This document shows, one piece after another, positions 33,928 through 43,966 of a stretch of 64,000 nucleotides of DNA (the first letter of the stretch is position 1; every line of letters starts with the position of its first letter). The stretch lies in IMG/VR virus record IMGVR_UViG_3300002835_000066, positions 1-64,000 of that record. One strand, written 5' to 3'. The stretch is from a virus (taxonomy: Duplodnaviria > Heunggongvirae > Uroviricota > Caudoviricetes). Below the pieces are notes generated by a model that saw only the letters and a program-made list of their open reading frames with translations, was not told the origin of the DNA and did not search any database. The translations under genes were made by a program, and so were the position numbers.

Positions 33928-35028
33928 TTATAAATTCGGTAGTTCATCGTAATCTAGTGAATCACTCATCACTCCGATTACATATGAGGTTGATTCTGAT
34001 TCTTGAAGTGCAGTTTGCTTCTTACTGGTATCCATATGCTTGTTGAACCAAGGAATAGGAGTAGTCTTTGGCGCTGGATTCCAATACTTAATACCAATCT
34101 GCTTAAGAGCGTCTACGGAGTTGTAGTCAACGAAATCCATCATAATCTTTTCGTTGAGACCGATTACTGGACCCTTCTTAAAGAGATATGCAGCCCACTC
34201 TTTTTCTTCACGAATTACATCTTCGTAAATCTTACGAACTTCATGTTCACAGTCAATCTTTGCCTTAGCAAAACGAGGGTCTTCTTTGATAACCTGATTA
34301 ATCATCCAAGCAGTCCACTCTTTGTGCAAGAGTTCGTCTTGTAGAATCAAACTGATGATATTGCCATTACCCATGAACATCTTATTTTCGACCATTGCGA
34401 GACTTGTAGCGAACGATACCATAAAGCGGAAAGCTTCAAGAGCGTAAGAAGCATGTAGAGCTAGCCAAATTGCATTGATATGTTCTTGTTCGGCTACAGC
34501 TATTCCAAGTTCTTTCTTACAATTAAGAGCATGTAGCTTATCATAATAATCACCTACACTAGAAGCCATATCGATGATTTCCTGAGTGTCATGAATTGTG
34601 TTGAACACTTCTTTAGGAACATTATAGATGTTGCGAATGATATGGCTGTATGAACGAGAGTGAATATTTGTTTCAAAGAAGCTCCAGTTGCTCATAATAG
34701 CTTCAAGTTCAGGTATAGAGCAGACAGGAGTAAAGACTTGCGCTGGTGCTCTGCCTTGTAAGCTATCAAGTGCAGTCTGTCTAAGAACATTGCTAGTAAA
34801 GATGTGAGCAACGGCTTCGCTTGCATCCTTCATATCATTAGCATCTTTAGAGAGATTAACTTCTTCCGGAACCCAAAAGAATCCACGGGCTGATTGTTCA
34901 ATCTTTTGTAGCTTCTGATACTTTACTTCTTCAAATCGTTGAATAGTTACAGGGCCTGCTGGGTCAAGAAACATCTTGCGGTTAAGATAGTCTGTTTTTG
35001 TAGTTAGATTATATTGACTCTTGCTCAT
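33928..35028 (-). CDS. nrdB: ribonucleotide reductase class Ia beta subunit
   Basis: 366 aa. Di-iron ligand motifs (ExxH: ETNIHSRSYSHII, ELLHKEW). R2 length. Adjacent to nrdA. Confidence 0.85.
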   Translation of the reverse strand: MSKSQYNLTTKTDYLNRKMFLDPAGPVTIQRFEEVKYQKLQKIEQSARGFFWVPEEVNLSKDANDMKDASEAVAHIFTSNVLRQTALDSLQGRAPAQVFTPVCSIPELEAIMSNWSFFETNIHSRSYSHIIRNIYNVPKEVFNTIHDTQEIIDMASSVGDYYDKLHALNCKKELGIAVAEQEHINAIWLALHASYALEAFRFMVSFATSLAMVENKMFMGNGNIISLILQDELLHKEWTAWMINQVIKEDPRFAKAKIDCEHEVRKIYEDVIREEKEWAAYLFKKGPVIGLNEKIMMDFVDYNSVDALKQIGIKYWNPAPKTTPIPWFNKHMDTSKKQTALQESESTSYVIGVMSDSLDYDELPNL

Positions 35029-35649
35029 TTAATAATTCCCCGATGCTAATACGATTTTACAAATATGTTCTAGACGCTCAATATGTTCATATGCTCGCCA
35101 GGGAGTAGTGTCAATTGCAACTACACCATGCCCCTTAATGCCTACAATGTCATAAGCAATATTGCCTTCACTGTCAAGTCCTAAGTTAGTATGACATTGT
35201 GTAGCAAGTTCTTCACTGATAGGAGGAACATCGCCTACATTTGGAGCGACTCTAGTGTACCTGCCCAACTCAGGGAAGTGTATCACAAGCTCATTCAAGT
35301 TAATACCGGCGTGCATTGCAGCAACACAGTATGTAGGGTGAACATGGACTACAACACGAATGTCATCACTGTGCTGACCTAAAGCTTTTAGTAAGCCATA
35401 GTGCAGGGGAATCTCTCCGCTTGGCTGTAGCTCACTAGAGATAGCGGTGTAGGGTAAAACTTGCCAGCCGTTCTCATTTAACCCAATCTTTTTGAATTGA
35501 TCGGGCTGTAGTGTCTGCTTTCTTACACCACTAGGTGTGATATAGAAGTGGTCACGGTCATGATGGCGAATACTGATGTTGCCGTCGCGGCTAGTAATCC
35601 AGTTACGAGCATAGGCATCCTTTAAAATATCGCAAATTGTTTCTAACAT
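35029..35649 (-). CDS. class II aldolase/adducin-family protein (FucA/MtnB-like)
   Basis: 206 aa. GNISIR...FYITPSGV near the N-terminus and VHVHPTY (the HxH metal site) are typical of the family. Confidence 0.5.
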   Translation of the reverse strand: MLETICDILKDAYARNWITSRDGNISIRHHDRDHFYITPSGVRKQTLQPDQFKKIGLNENGWQVLPYTAISSELQPSGEIPLHYGLLKALGQHSDDIRVVVHVHPTYCVAAMHAGINLNELVIHFPELGRYTRVAPNVGDVPPISEELATQCHTNLGLDSEGNIAYDIVGIKGHGVVAIDTTPWRAYEHIERLEHICKIVLASGNY

Positions 35650-37958
35650 TATAATTTACAGCTTTCGCAATCACCATCATCTTCAAAGAAGTCAATAACT
35701 TCTAGTGGTGCTTCATCTTCCTCTTCTTTAGAACCCTTCTTGTTAATCAAGCTGTAATAGAGAGTCTTAATTCCCCACTTATGAGCAAGCATCAAGTTCT
35801 TTGCGATAAGAGTAGTTGGGACTTTTCTATCAGGGAAGTGAGCAGGGTTATAGAATGTGTCAGTACTGATTGACTGATCCATATAAGCAGCAAGAACAGC
35901 AGAGGTCTTGAGATAACCTACGCAATCTGTTTGGTCCCACATAAGCTGATACTTGTTCTTCAACTTTTGATATTCAGGGACAACCTGAATGAATGACCCA
36001 GCCTTACTTTCCTTAACACTAATCAAGCTCATTGGCATTGCGATTCCGTTAGTAGAATTGATAACTACTGAACTTGATTCTACTGGAGCAATTGCACCTA
36101 CTGTAGCATTACGCACCCCGTATTCTACCATGTCCGCACGAAGCGTTTCCCATTCAAGTTCAGGAGTAAAGTCAGCTAGTTCGTTAGCTCCATTTGAGCG
36201 AAGCTCCCAAGAGAAGATTCCGTTACCATAACGAGTCTTGTCACTGTCTAAGCACTTACCACGTTCTTTAGCAAGTTCAACATTGGCTTCCATCAAATAA
36301 TATGTTTGATGTTCTGCCCAACTCTTTACGTCTTGTAGTGCTTCTGATTCGCCGTACTTGTATCCACGTTTGGCATGCCAGTATGCAAGATTAGTTACAC
36401 CAATACCAATTGGTCTAATCTCATCGTTTGACAGCTTAGACTGAATTGACAAGAAGTCCTGATAATCAAGAATGTTGTTTAGACTGCGCAATAGAATCCG
36501 ACATGCTCTACGCATATCTTCTGGATTTCTAAACGCACCCCAATTCATACTCCCGAGGGTACAAAGTGCGATTCGTCCTGCAGGATCATCTAGACGCTTG
36601 AATGACTTTGTGGGAAGAAGGATCTCGACACAGAGGTTTGATTGATAGATTGTATGATACTCAGGGTCGAACGGACCTTGATTCATAACGTTGTCAATGA
36701 ACACAAGATAGATTCTACCTGTGTCAGTGCGTTCCTTAAGAATGCCTCCCTTAAAGACTTCCTCAGCACTCATTACCTTCTTACGTAAATCCTTACGCTT
36801 TTCATACTTCACATAAAGTTCTTCAAACTTTGCTGTATTTTGATAGAATGCTTCATACAAATCAGGCACTTCGTTTGGATCAAAGAATGTGATATTCTCT
36901 TTGTTCTTGAACCGCTTCCAAAAGAATGCACTAAGAACAACACCATAGTCCATGTGACGAACACGGGTTTCTTCGGTGCCCTGATTGTTCTTGAGAACGA
37001 TCAAGTCATCAAACTGATAGTGCCAGATAGGATAGAACACAGTAGCCGATGCATTACGAATTCCGCCCTGTGAGCAAGAACGTAAGTCACCGAACCACTT
37101 CTTTAGAAACGGAATCATACCAGTATGCATGATTTCGCCCCCTCGAATAGGCGAACCGAGGGAGCGAAGTCTGCCGATTTCTAATCCAATGCCAGCTCGT
37201 TTGCTAGCATACTTAGCCATCATTTCTCCGGAAGCGAAAATCGAATCCAAATCATCGTCGCTGCGAATAAGGACGCAAGAACTAAACTGTTTAGTTGGAG
37301 TGCCGAGACCAGCAAGCACAGGAGTAGCCAGGGTAAACAGACCATCACTCGCTGCATTGTAGTATTCCTTAATAAACTTGAGGCGCTTGCTAGCTTCTTC
37401 ACGGTGAAATATTGTTGCAGCCGCAATCAAATAGCGAACTTGTGGAGTTTCGTAGATTTCTTTTGTTGCTCTATTGCGAACAAGATATTTTTCAATCATC
37501 TGTTCGATTGCTGCGTATGAGTACTCCTCATCCTTTTCATGTTCGATGAAGTCATTCATCTTATTCCAATCGTCTTCGGAATACCATTCTAAAAGTTCAT
37601 TAGTATATAGGCCTGTTGCTACATTAGTCTTAACAATTTCATACAAGTGTGGTACTTGGTAGTCTCCGTAAACATCTTTACGAAGCATAGAAAGTCGTTG
37701 TCTACCAGCAACGTATTGATAATTAACGTGTCCAACATCAGGATTACTTTCAACATCAATCAAGTCCACGATAGCTCTAAGAGTGATTTCATCAATCTCT
37801 CGTGTAGTGATGCCATCATAAAACTGTGGATGTGCTTTGATTTCTATCATGGATTGACTTACATCAGCCGTGCCATTGCACACCTTTGTAATCTGTTGTT
37901 GCCACTTTTCCAGGGCAAGCGGCTCTGTGTTACCCGATCGTTTCTTTACATTAATCAT
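35649..37958 (-). CDS. nrdA: ribonucleotide reductase class Ia alpha subunit
   Basis: 769 aa. N-terminal ATP-cone. Catalytic region NLCVEI. C-terminal redox Cys pair (CESCKL). Confidence 0.9.
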   Translation of the reverse strand: MINVKKRSGNTEPLALEKWQQQITKVCNGTADVSQSMIEIKAHPQFYDGITTREIDEITLRAIVDLIDVESNPDVGHVNYQYVAGRQRLSMLRKDVYGDYQVPHLYEIVKTNVATGLYTNELLEWYSEDDWNKMNDFIEHEKDEEYSYAAIEQMIEKYLVRNRATKEIYETPQVRYLIAAATIFHREEASKRLKFIKEYYNAASDGLFTLATPVLAGLGTPTKQFSSCVLIRSDDDLDSIFASGEMMAKYASKRAGIGLEIGRLRSLGSPIRGGEIMHTGMIPFLKKWFGDLRSCSQGGIRNASATVFYPIWHYQFDDLIVLKNNQGTEETRVRHMDYGVVLSAFFWKRFKNKENITFFDPNEVPDLYEAFYQNTAKFEELYVKYEKRKDLRKKVMSAEEVFKGGILKERTDTGRIYLVFIDNVMNQGPFDPEYHTIYQSNLCVEILLPTKSFKRLDDPAGRIALCTLGSMNWGAFRNPEDMRRACRILLRSLNNILDYQDFLSIQSKLSNDEIRPIGIGVTNLAYWHAKRGYKYGESEALQDVKSWAEHQTYYLMEANVELAKERGKCLDSDKTRYGNGIFSWELRSNGANELADFTPELEWETLRADMVEYGVRNATVGAIAPVESSSVVINSTNGIAMPMSLISVKESKAGSFIQVVPEYQKLKNKYQLMWDQTDCVGYLKTSAVLAAYMDQSISTDTFYNPAHFPDRKVPTTLIAKNLMLAHKWGIKTLYYSLINKKGSKEEEDEAPLEVIDFFEDDGDCESCKL

Positions 37959-38518
37959 TCGTTGCCTATTTTCTTTTTTAATGAACTGATATTGATTTGC
38001 TTTGTTATTGTGAAGTCTGCGAGAGATGTATTTAATACCGACTCGGGCCAGTAATTCATCACATATTTTGCGTCATCAACTAAAACTAATACTACATTTT
38101 CTCTATTATAATCTATTGCGTCAACAAAGTCAATGTCGTTGATACCCAATAGCATTAGCGTGTATACCATTCCCAAAGCTCGGGAATACTTGCAATAATC
38201 ATTATCACTAATAAGTTCCCAAGGTCCGGGCCAATCTACTACATCTGCTGGATGCAGGTAGTGAGAACTGATTGGTGCTCGTTGCCAAAATCTATCGACC
38301 TCAACACATATGGTTTGTGTATCACCATTTTTTAAAGATTCTCTAAGATCATGCCAGGCCCGAAGGCGAGTATAATAGTCTAATAAGAATACGTTGATCA
38401 CACTATACTTATCACCATTTACTGAGCGGACATGTTTCTTGTTCTTCTGAGGTTTGCACTGAAAGTGGAATATCATTAAGTCTACATTTTGGATAGGGTA
38501 GTTCAATGTTTTCTTCAC
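37955..38518 (-). CDS. hypothetical protein (187 aa)
   Basis: ORF overlapping the nrdA start by 4 nt. Confidence 0.45.
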   Translation of the reverse strand: MKKTLNYPIQNVDLMIFHFQCKPQKNKKHVRSVNGDKYSVINVFLLDYYTRLRAWHDLRESLKNGDTQTICVEVDRFWQRAPISSHYLHPADVVDWPGPWELISDNDYCKYSRALGMVYTLMLLGINDIDFVDAIDYNRENVVLVLVDDAKYVMNYWPESVLNTSLADFTITKQINISSLKKKIGNE

Positions 38519-38581
38519 AAGTGGTACAGAATGAAATTCTTATTGCTTGAGTTGCAGGGTCAATGTTGTTTCCTAATTGTG

Positions 38582-39784
38582 TCATACTCCGTATTTCCCT
38601 CTAAATGCAGCAAAGTTTAATGCAACCTGTTCTGCTGTCAGTGCGACATTATACACTTGTATAGCGGGTATGCTACCTGCAAATTTTGCGTTCCAAGAGT
38701 TGCCTATTGTATCAACCGGGTTATTATTTCCTGATGTAGAGTTTGCCACATTACTGTCTAATACCCCGTCTACATACATAGCCATCGTACTATTAGAATT
38801 GTTTACCCAAGTTAGCAAATGCCAGTTATTATCGTTGACAGTTGTACCAACGCCTAACTTCTGTGCCCATGCAGAGTTTTGATAAGTCCAATATGCAATC
38901 TTTCCGCTGTTTACACATAAAGCTGAGTATACTGGTCCGCCACTTAAGTTGGACAGTATTGAACCTTGACCAAGACCGGTTGCATCAGTAGTAGTTTTAA
39001 CCCAAGCACTAACAGTCCATGGCAGATTTCCATTACCTAAACTAATTGTAGGGATAGTTAAGAAGTCGGTTGATCCGTTAAAGCTAAATGTATTATTAGA
39101 TGCGTAGGTTAAACTATTGATAGTTATTGTTCTACTTCCAGTAACATCTAGCAGTGCATTAGTTGAGCTTCTGGAGCCAAACGGACCTACAAACGGAGCA
39201 GTAAAGTTACTAGATGAACTAATTAATACCTGAGGGTTTCTATAAAGAATGAATCCACTAGTAGCTAAACTAGTTCCGTTACATGCACCTGGATATAATA
39301 ACATTCTACATGTGCCAGTAGATCCGGCCTGAGCAGTAAATGTAGCCGTTTTCCAAACGCCGGTTACTGTCGGCGTAGGATCGGCTGCTGAGTTACTTAC
39401 TGCCGATTCAAAATTAGCGAGATAGTTGGTAACAGGATATCCGCCAGCACCCGGGGAAATATAATAATCAAATGTAAACGTTGCCCACTGACCAGCAGTA
39501 ATACTAACATCGTTGCCATGGTAATAGCATCCGCCTGCTGCAACTAAATCATATCGGTATACTACATCATTATTCGTAATAGAGTAGTTATCAAATGTTC
39601 CTGAATATGTTCGCTGAAACGTTCCGGTGCCTTGAACTTGAAAGGCAACATTATTGCTACCATCGGGAGTAGGGACCGCAAATTGGTTTGATACGGCTGC
39701 TCCTCTATACGACTGCGGATCATACATATCATAACCAAACAGTAATCCATCAGTAACTATTTTAGGACCGGATGCTACACTCAT
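38582..39784 (-). CDS. tail-fibre family protein, paralog 1 (C-terminal Laminin_G_3/ConA-like domain)
   Basis: N-terminus MSVASGPKIVTDGLL and C-terminus ...NNWHLLTWV...YVDGV...ALTAEQVALNFAAFRGKYGV are shared with seven downstream genes. Confidence 0.55.
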   Translation of the reverse strand: MSVASGPKIVTDGLLFGYDMYDPQSYRGAAVSNQFAVPTPDGSNNVAFQVQGTGTFQRTYSGTFDNYSITNNDVVYRYDLVAAGGCYYHGNDVSITAGQWATFTFDYYISPGAGGYPVTNYLANFESAVSNSAADPTPTVTGVWKTATFTAQAGSTGTCRMLLYPGACNGTSLATSGFILYRNPQVLISSSSNFTAPFVGPFGSRSSTNALLDVTGSRTITINSLTYASNNTFSFNGSTDFLTIPTISLGNGNLPWTVSAWVKTTTDATGLGQGSILSNLSGGPVYSALCVNSGKIAYWTYQNSAWAQKLGVGTTVNDNNWHLLTWVNNSNSTMAMYVDGVLDSNVANSTSGNNNPVDTIGNSWNAKFAGSIPAIQVYNVALTAEQVALNFAAFRGKYGV

Positions 39785-42006
39785 AAGTTGAATCTCCCGC
39801 GTATAGCATTAAAGTTTTGTGCTACTTCAGCATCAGATAGTGCCCTAGTGTAAGCAGTAACCATAGCCATATCACCTTGCCAAAATCCTGCATAGCCATT
39901 ACCTATGGTGATGTTGGCTGGTGTGTTAGCTAAAACCCCATATGGATTAGCTGTGGTTACACTCAACGCTCCATTTAGATACCATTTATATTGACTAGTG
40001 CTTCTAACAGTAGATATTACATTCCAAACACTTCTAGGGGTTGTCGGGCTTCCTACCCCCACATATGGTTCAGCGTTTGATCCTGCATTTCCGTAGAAGC
40101 CGCTGATGTTTTCGCCTTGTTCGTGTGTCCAAGTACCATACCCGCCATACGCTTGGTCCCATGGATTTCTTCTACCTGAGGTATATGTGTGTCTCATTAC
40201 TATCTGTAACGATTGAGCAGAAGCAAAATTCAAAGTAGCGTTATTGATAATTGTACCGTAATTACTAGTACCGTTAAAAGTATAAAACCCATTGTTAGTA
40301 GAAGGCAAATCTAGAAATGTACAGTTGTTGTTACTGCCGCTTATATCATACCACGTATTGCCTGCGTTTTGCAGTAGTTCTTGGATATTAGGTTCTGTGC
40401 CATCACACAAATCTACTCTTGGTTGATAGAATTGTAATCTTGTAGTGTTATCTGCACAATAATACAAATACGTTCTATGTAGACTTGTAGTTGAATTGGA
40501 ATTCCACTTTAAATCACCGGTGCCAATGTTGCACCCGTTTATATCACCGGCTCTACCGTTAATAGTATAATATCCAGTAGTAGGATTTCTACCAGTGAAT
40601 GTAGTGTTGGCTGGATATATATGACCTACAAACAAGTACCAAGTATTCTGTGCTAACCCACTAGTACCGCTGCACTCCCAATACGGATTGTCTGCTGCTG
40701 TATCATCACTCATTTTGCGCAGGCCGCCGTTACTTCCAGTACCTAAATAAAATGTGCCGCCACCGGTACTTGATGTTCTACGAACCCATACTGAGAAACG
40801 ATATAGTTGAGTATTGTCTATAGCAAAATCTGCTGTGTTCCAGCCACCGTCATCATTAGTTTCTGCTAGTGGTCTTGCTTCCCAAACAACTGCATTATTA
40901 CCCCATGGATTACTTGCAACTACTCTTTCGTTTTCAGCCGTTGCCCCGTTTTGACTATAACCAGTAATACTGCCTGAACCAGTGACCCAGTTGTTCCAGT
41001 TGATGACAGAGCGATTGCCTACGTTTGAATTAGGATTAGCAGCATCTAAGCATAGAGCCATATTTCCTACTGAGATAGGTGCTCCTCCAGTACTCTCTCC
41101 CAAAGAAGAATTGTATCTGACAATTACAATTCCAGATCCACCGTCACCGCCTTTATTCGTGAAGTTATAGTGGGAGCCGCCTCCTCCGCCGCCGCCCGTG
41201 TTGAGGCCACCATCGCCGCCCGGAGTGTTTGTTTGTGAGTTAGGAGAACCGCCACCTCCAGGAGAACCATTATTATACCCAGTTCCCCCAGTAGTCACTC
41301 CGACTGCGCCGCCACCACCTCCACCAACGCCGCCGTTACCTCCTGCACTTAAACTATATGCTGCGCCACCTCCACCACCGCCCCAAAAAAGATTACGATT
41401 GAGTATGCCATTCGCTATGCCTGGGCCACCATTGGGTGTGTTATTCGCATCAGTGCCGGCGCCACCAGCGCCACCACCACCACCACTATAGTAAGAACTG
41501 TTACCCCAGCCCCCGCGATTTCCTTGTCCGGCAGTACCGGTACCAGACGCACCGTAGCCTGTTCCAGTAGACAATGCAGGGGTTACACCGTTGTTATAAC
41601 CAGACCCGCCGCCGCCAGAGCCACCACTATTACCAAAACTGTTACCAAACGTATAGTATGATGTTCCGCCTGCTCCACCACCAACAGCAGTATTGCTACC
41701 AAATATACTATTTCCGCCATTTGTTCCCTTAGTAGTTGCGTGTCCACCAGTACCTGCAGGGGCTCCTGCACCTCCAGCACCAACTGTAACAGTTACTGGT
41801 GTACCTGAGGTTACTGATACACTCGTATTGCTAATGACGCCTCCGCCGCCGCCGCCGCCTCCCATATCTGATCCGGCCCCACCACCGCCGGCAACTACAA
41901 GAACTTCAATTGTACCTGTAAAGGACGGGGTAAAGACTCCAGAAGTTGCAAAAACTCTGACAGTATCAGTAGGAGCAGCGATATTTGGACCGGAAGCGAT
42001 TGCCAT
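39781..42006 (-). CDS. glycine-rich tail-fibre family protein, paralog 2 (741 aa)
   Basis: N-terminus MAIASGPNIAAPTDTVRVFATSG, a 300-aa poly-Gly/Ser/Asn region, and the C-terminal LamG-like block ending QNFNAIRGRFNL. Confidence 0.55.
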   Translation of the reverse strand: MAIASGPNIAAPTDTVRVFATSGVFTPSFTGTIEVLVVAGGGGAGSDMGGGGGGGGVISNTSVSVTSGTPVTVTVGAGGAGAPAGTGGHATTKGTNGGNSIFGSNTAVGGGAGGTSYYTFGNSFGNSGGSGGGGSGYNNGVTPALSTGTGYGASGTGTAGQGNRGGWGNSSYYSGGGGGAGGAGTDANNTPNGGPGIANGILNRNLFWGGGGGGAAYSLSAGGNGGVGGGGGGAVGVTTGGTGYNNGSPGGGGSPNSQTNTPGGDGGLNTGGGGGGGSHYNFTNKGGDGGSGIVIVRYNSSLGESTGGAPISVGNMALCLDAANPNSNVGNRSVINWNNWVTGSGSITGYSQNGATAENERVVASNPWGNNAVVWEARPLAETNDDGGWNTADFAIDNTQLYRFSVWVRRTSSTGGGTFYLGTGSNGGLRKMSDDTAADNPYWECSGTSGLAQNTWYLFVGHIYPANTTFTGRNPTTGYYTINGRAGDINGCNIGTGDLKWNSNSTTSLHRTYLYYCADNTTRLQFYQPRVDLCDGTEPNIQELLQNAGNTWYDISGSNNNCTFLDLPSTNNGFYTFNGTSNYGTIINNATLNFASAQSLQIVMRHTYTSGRRNPWDQAYGGYGTWTHEQGENISGFYGNAGSNAEPYVGVGSPTTPRSVWNVISTVRSTSQYKWYLNGALSVTTANPYGVLANTPANITIGNGYAGFWQGDMAMVTAYTRALSDAEVAQNFNAIRGRFNL

Positions 42007-42008
42007 TA

Positions 42009-42377
42009 TTATTCTCCCATTAATGGTTCAATGGTAGACAGTTCCCATTGTTGAACTGCTTCATTCCAAACATATGCATTACCATCATCGGGGTAGTCTA
42101 TAGGGGCTTTCCATTGACCAATAGTTTCATCAAGTACCCAGCTATCAAATGGCTTCGGAGGGATAAATGCATCCAAAGCTTCATCATATGAATAACCAAC
42201 ACCAGCATAATTCTTTCTTAATGGTGTGCCACCTTGCGTATGAACACCGGCGTGGGTATTGTAACTAGTTTGAATCCATTCTTGGGGAGGGCCCCACAAA
42301 CCAGTATCAATCATATCTTGTTCGATGACTATAACCTCCGTTACAGTTCCATCTTGTACTCTAGCAAAATGTGTCAT
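42009..42377 (-). CDS. hypothetical small protein between fibre genes (122 aa). Possible fibre assembly or chaperone protein.
   Basis: ORF with 4-nt overlaps on both sides. Confidence 0.35.
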   Translation of the reverse strand: MTHFARVQDGTVTEVIVIEQDMIDTGLWGPPQEWIQTSYNTHAGVHTQGGTPLRKNYAGVGYSYDEALDAFIPPKPFDSWVLDETIGQWKAPIDYPDDGNAYVWNEAVQQWELSTIEPLMGE

Positions 42378-43966
42378 AAATTAAATCTCCCTCTTAGTGC
42401 ATTGAAATTTTGTAGTATTTCTACTGCGGTAAGCACTCTGCTGTAAGCTACAAAGCTTGCTATTTTTCCATTCCAGTTTCTATCGCCTAAATTCCATCTG
42501 CCAATATCTAATGATTGACCATCATATAAAATGTTTCTATTGTTTGCAAGATCGCCTTGATTTAAAAATACACCATTAACATACACAATTGCTCTGTCAG
42601 AAGGAGTAAACGTCATTGTTATATTAGTCCAAATGTTGGCTGTCAGAGAAATTCCTCCAACAGCACTTATACCGCCGGTAGCGTCATGTGTGCCGAATCC
42701 ATAAACATTTGTATTCGTGCTGTCTTGTTGTAGCACAAAGCTTCGTGTTCCGGTGTGCGAGTTATCAAAAATGTCTGCATATTGAACTTGCGTAGTACCT
42801 GGGTTTACCCACACACTTATAGTAAAGTTTTGATAAGTGAAAAACGATCCCAAACTAACATAATCATTTACTCCATCTAAAACTAGAGATCCTAAATTAG
42901 CTGAGTTATATCCAACGCCATTAACAAGCGTCCCGTTATTGCCGCTACCACTAACGTCTCTCCAAAATGTACCTGATCCAGGATATGATAGCGGATTTCC
43001 AGCATCTACGCACACTACCATATCTCCTACTGAAGCAACTGCGCCTCCGGTACTTGATCCCAGTGAAGAATTGTATCTTATGATTACGATTCCTGAGCCG
43101 CCAGCACCGCCGGAGGTAACTTGCCAAGCGCCTCCGCCGCCTCCGCCGCCGGTGTTCATAGCGCCTGCTGCGCCATTGGTGTCAATTGCTGCTCCGATGC
43201 CCGAATTCAGCCCGTTACCACCACCATTAGTTGGACCAATGCCTCCTGAACAACTTCCGCCACCTCCGCCGCCGATGCCGCCGTCACCGGCATAGCCATT
43301 ATAATAGCCGCCGCCTCCGCCACCGCCAGCCCAGTAATATACTGTACCTAATATACTATTAACAACGCCGGCTCCACCGCGACCGTTTGCATTACCGGGA
43401 CTACTTTGAACAGTGTTACTATTAGTGTCTGCTGCTGCTGCACCAGCGCCGCCGCCGCCTGCTGCTGCTGTGGGTCCGCTAGTTCTGGCGGCTGTCATAT
43501 TTCCGCCACGATTGCCGTAAATTATTCCGGTATTTGAACCTAATGAATTTCCACTGCTAGTGCCGCCTTGATTTAATACGCTGTTATTTGATGCTGCGCC
43601 TCCGCCAGAACCACCAGTTACGCCGGCACCTGAATCGTGTACTCCGGAACCTCCGCCTCCCTTAGCAGTTGCTCCAAATGCAGTAGAGTCTCCTCCGCTG
43701 CCGCTGATACTGGAATATACTATTGCGGTGCCGCCAGCACCCACAGTAATAGTATATGGAGTTCCTGAAGTAACTGACACGGCAGGCATATACACTACGC
43801 CGCCGCCACCGCCGCCGCCTCCGATGCCGCCACCGCCGGCTCCGCCGCCAGCGACTACTAACACTTCAACTGTTCCCGTAAACGCAGGTGTAAAGGTTCC
43901 AGAGGTTGCAAAGACTCTGACAGTATCAATAGGAACAACAATATTTGGACCAGATGCTACACTCAT
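42374..43966 (-). CDS. glycine-rich tail-fibre family protein, paralog 3 (530 aa)
   Basis: N-terminus MSVASGPNIVVPIDTVRVFATSGTFTPAFTGTVEVLVVAGGG. C-terminus ...DGVNDYVSLGS...FTISVWV...VLTAVEILQNFNALRGRFNL. Confidence 0.55.
   Translation of the reverse strand: MSVASGPNIVVPIDTVRVFATSGTFTPAFTGTVEVLVVAGGGAGGGGIGGGGGGGGVVYMPAVSVTSGTPYTITVGAGGTAIVYSSISGSGGDSTAFGATAKGGGGSGVHDSGAGVTGGSGGGAASNNSVLNQGGTSSGNSLGSNTGIIYGNRGGNMTAARTSGPTAAAGGGGAGAAAADTNSNTVQSSPGNANGRGGAGVVNSILGTVYYWAGGGGGGGYYNGYAGDGGIGGGGGGSCSGGIGPTNGGGNGLNSGIGAAIDTNGAAGAMNTGGGGGGGAWQVTSGGAGGSGIVIIRYNSSLGSSTGGAVASVGDMVVCVDAGNPLSYPGSGTFWRDVSGSGNNGTLVNGVGYNSANLGSLVLDGVNDYVSLGSFFTYQNFTISVWVNPGTTQVQYADIFDNSHTGTRSFVLQQDSTNTNVYGFGTHDATGGISAVGGISLTANIWTNITMTFTPSDRAIVYVNGVFLNQGDLANNRNILYDGQSLDIGRWNLGDRNWNGKIASFVAYSRVLTAVEILQNFNALRGRFNL

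Noticed and set aside
41198-41491. Pro-rich 97-aa plus-strand ORF, and similar ones at 42939-43295 and 43728-43994
   Set aside because: Mirror image of the poly-Gly (GGN) stretches of fibre paralogs 2 and 3, read as CCN on the opposite strand.
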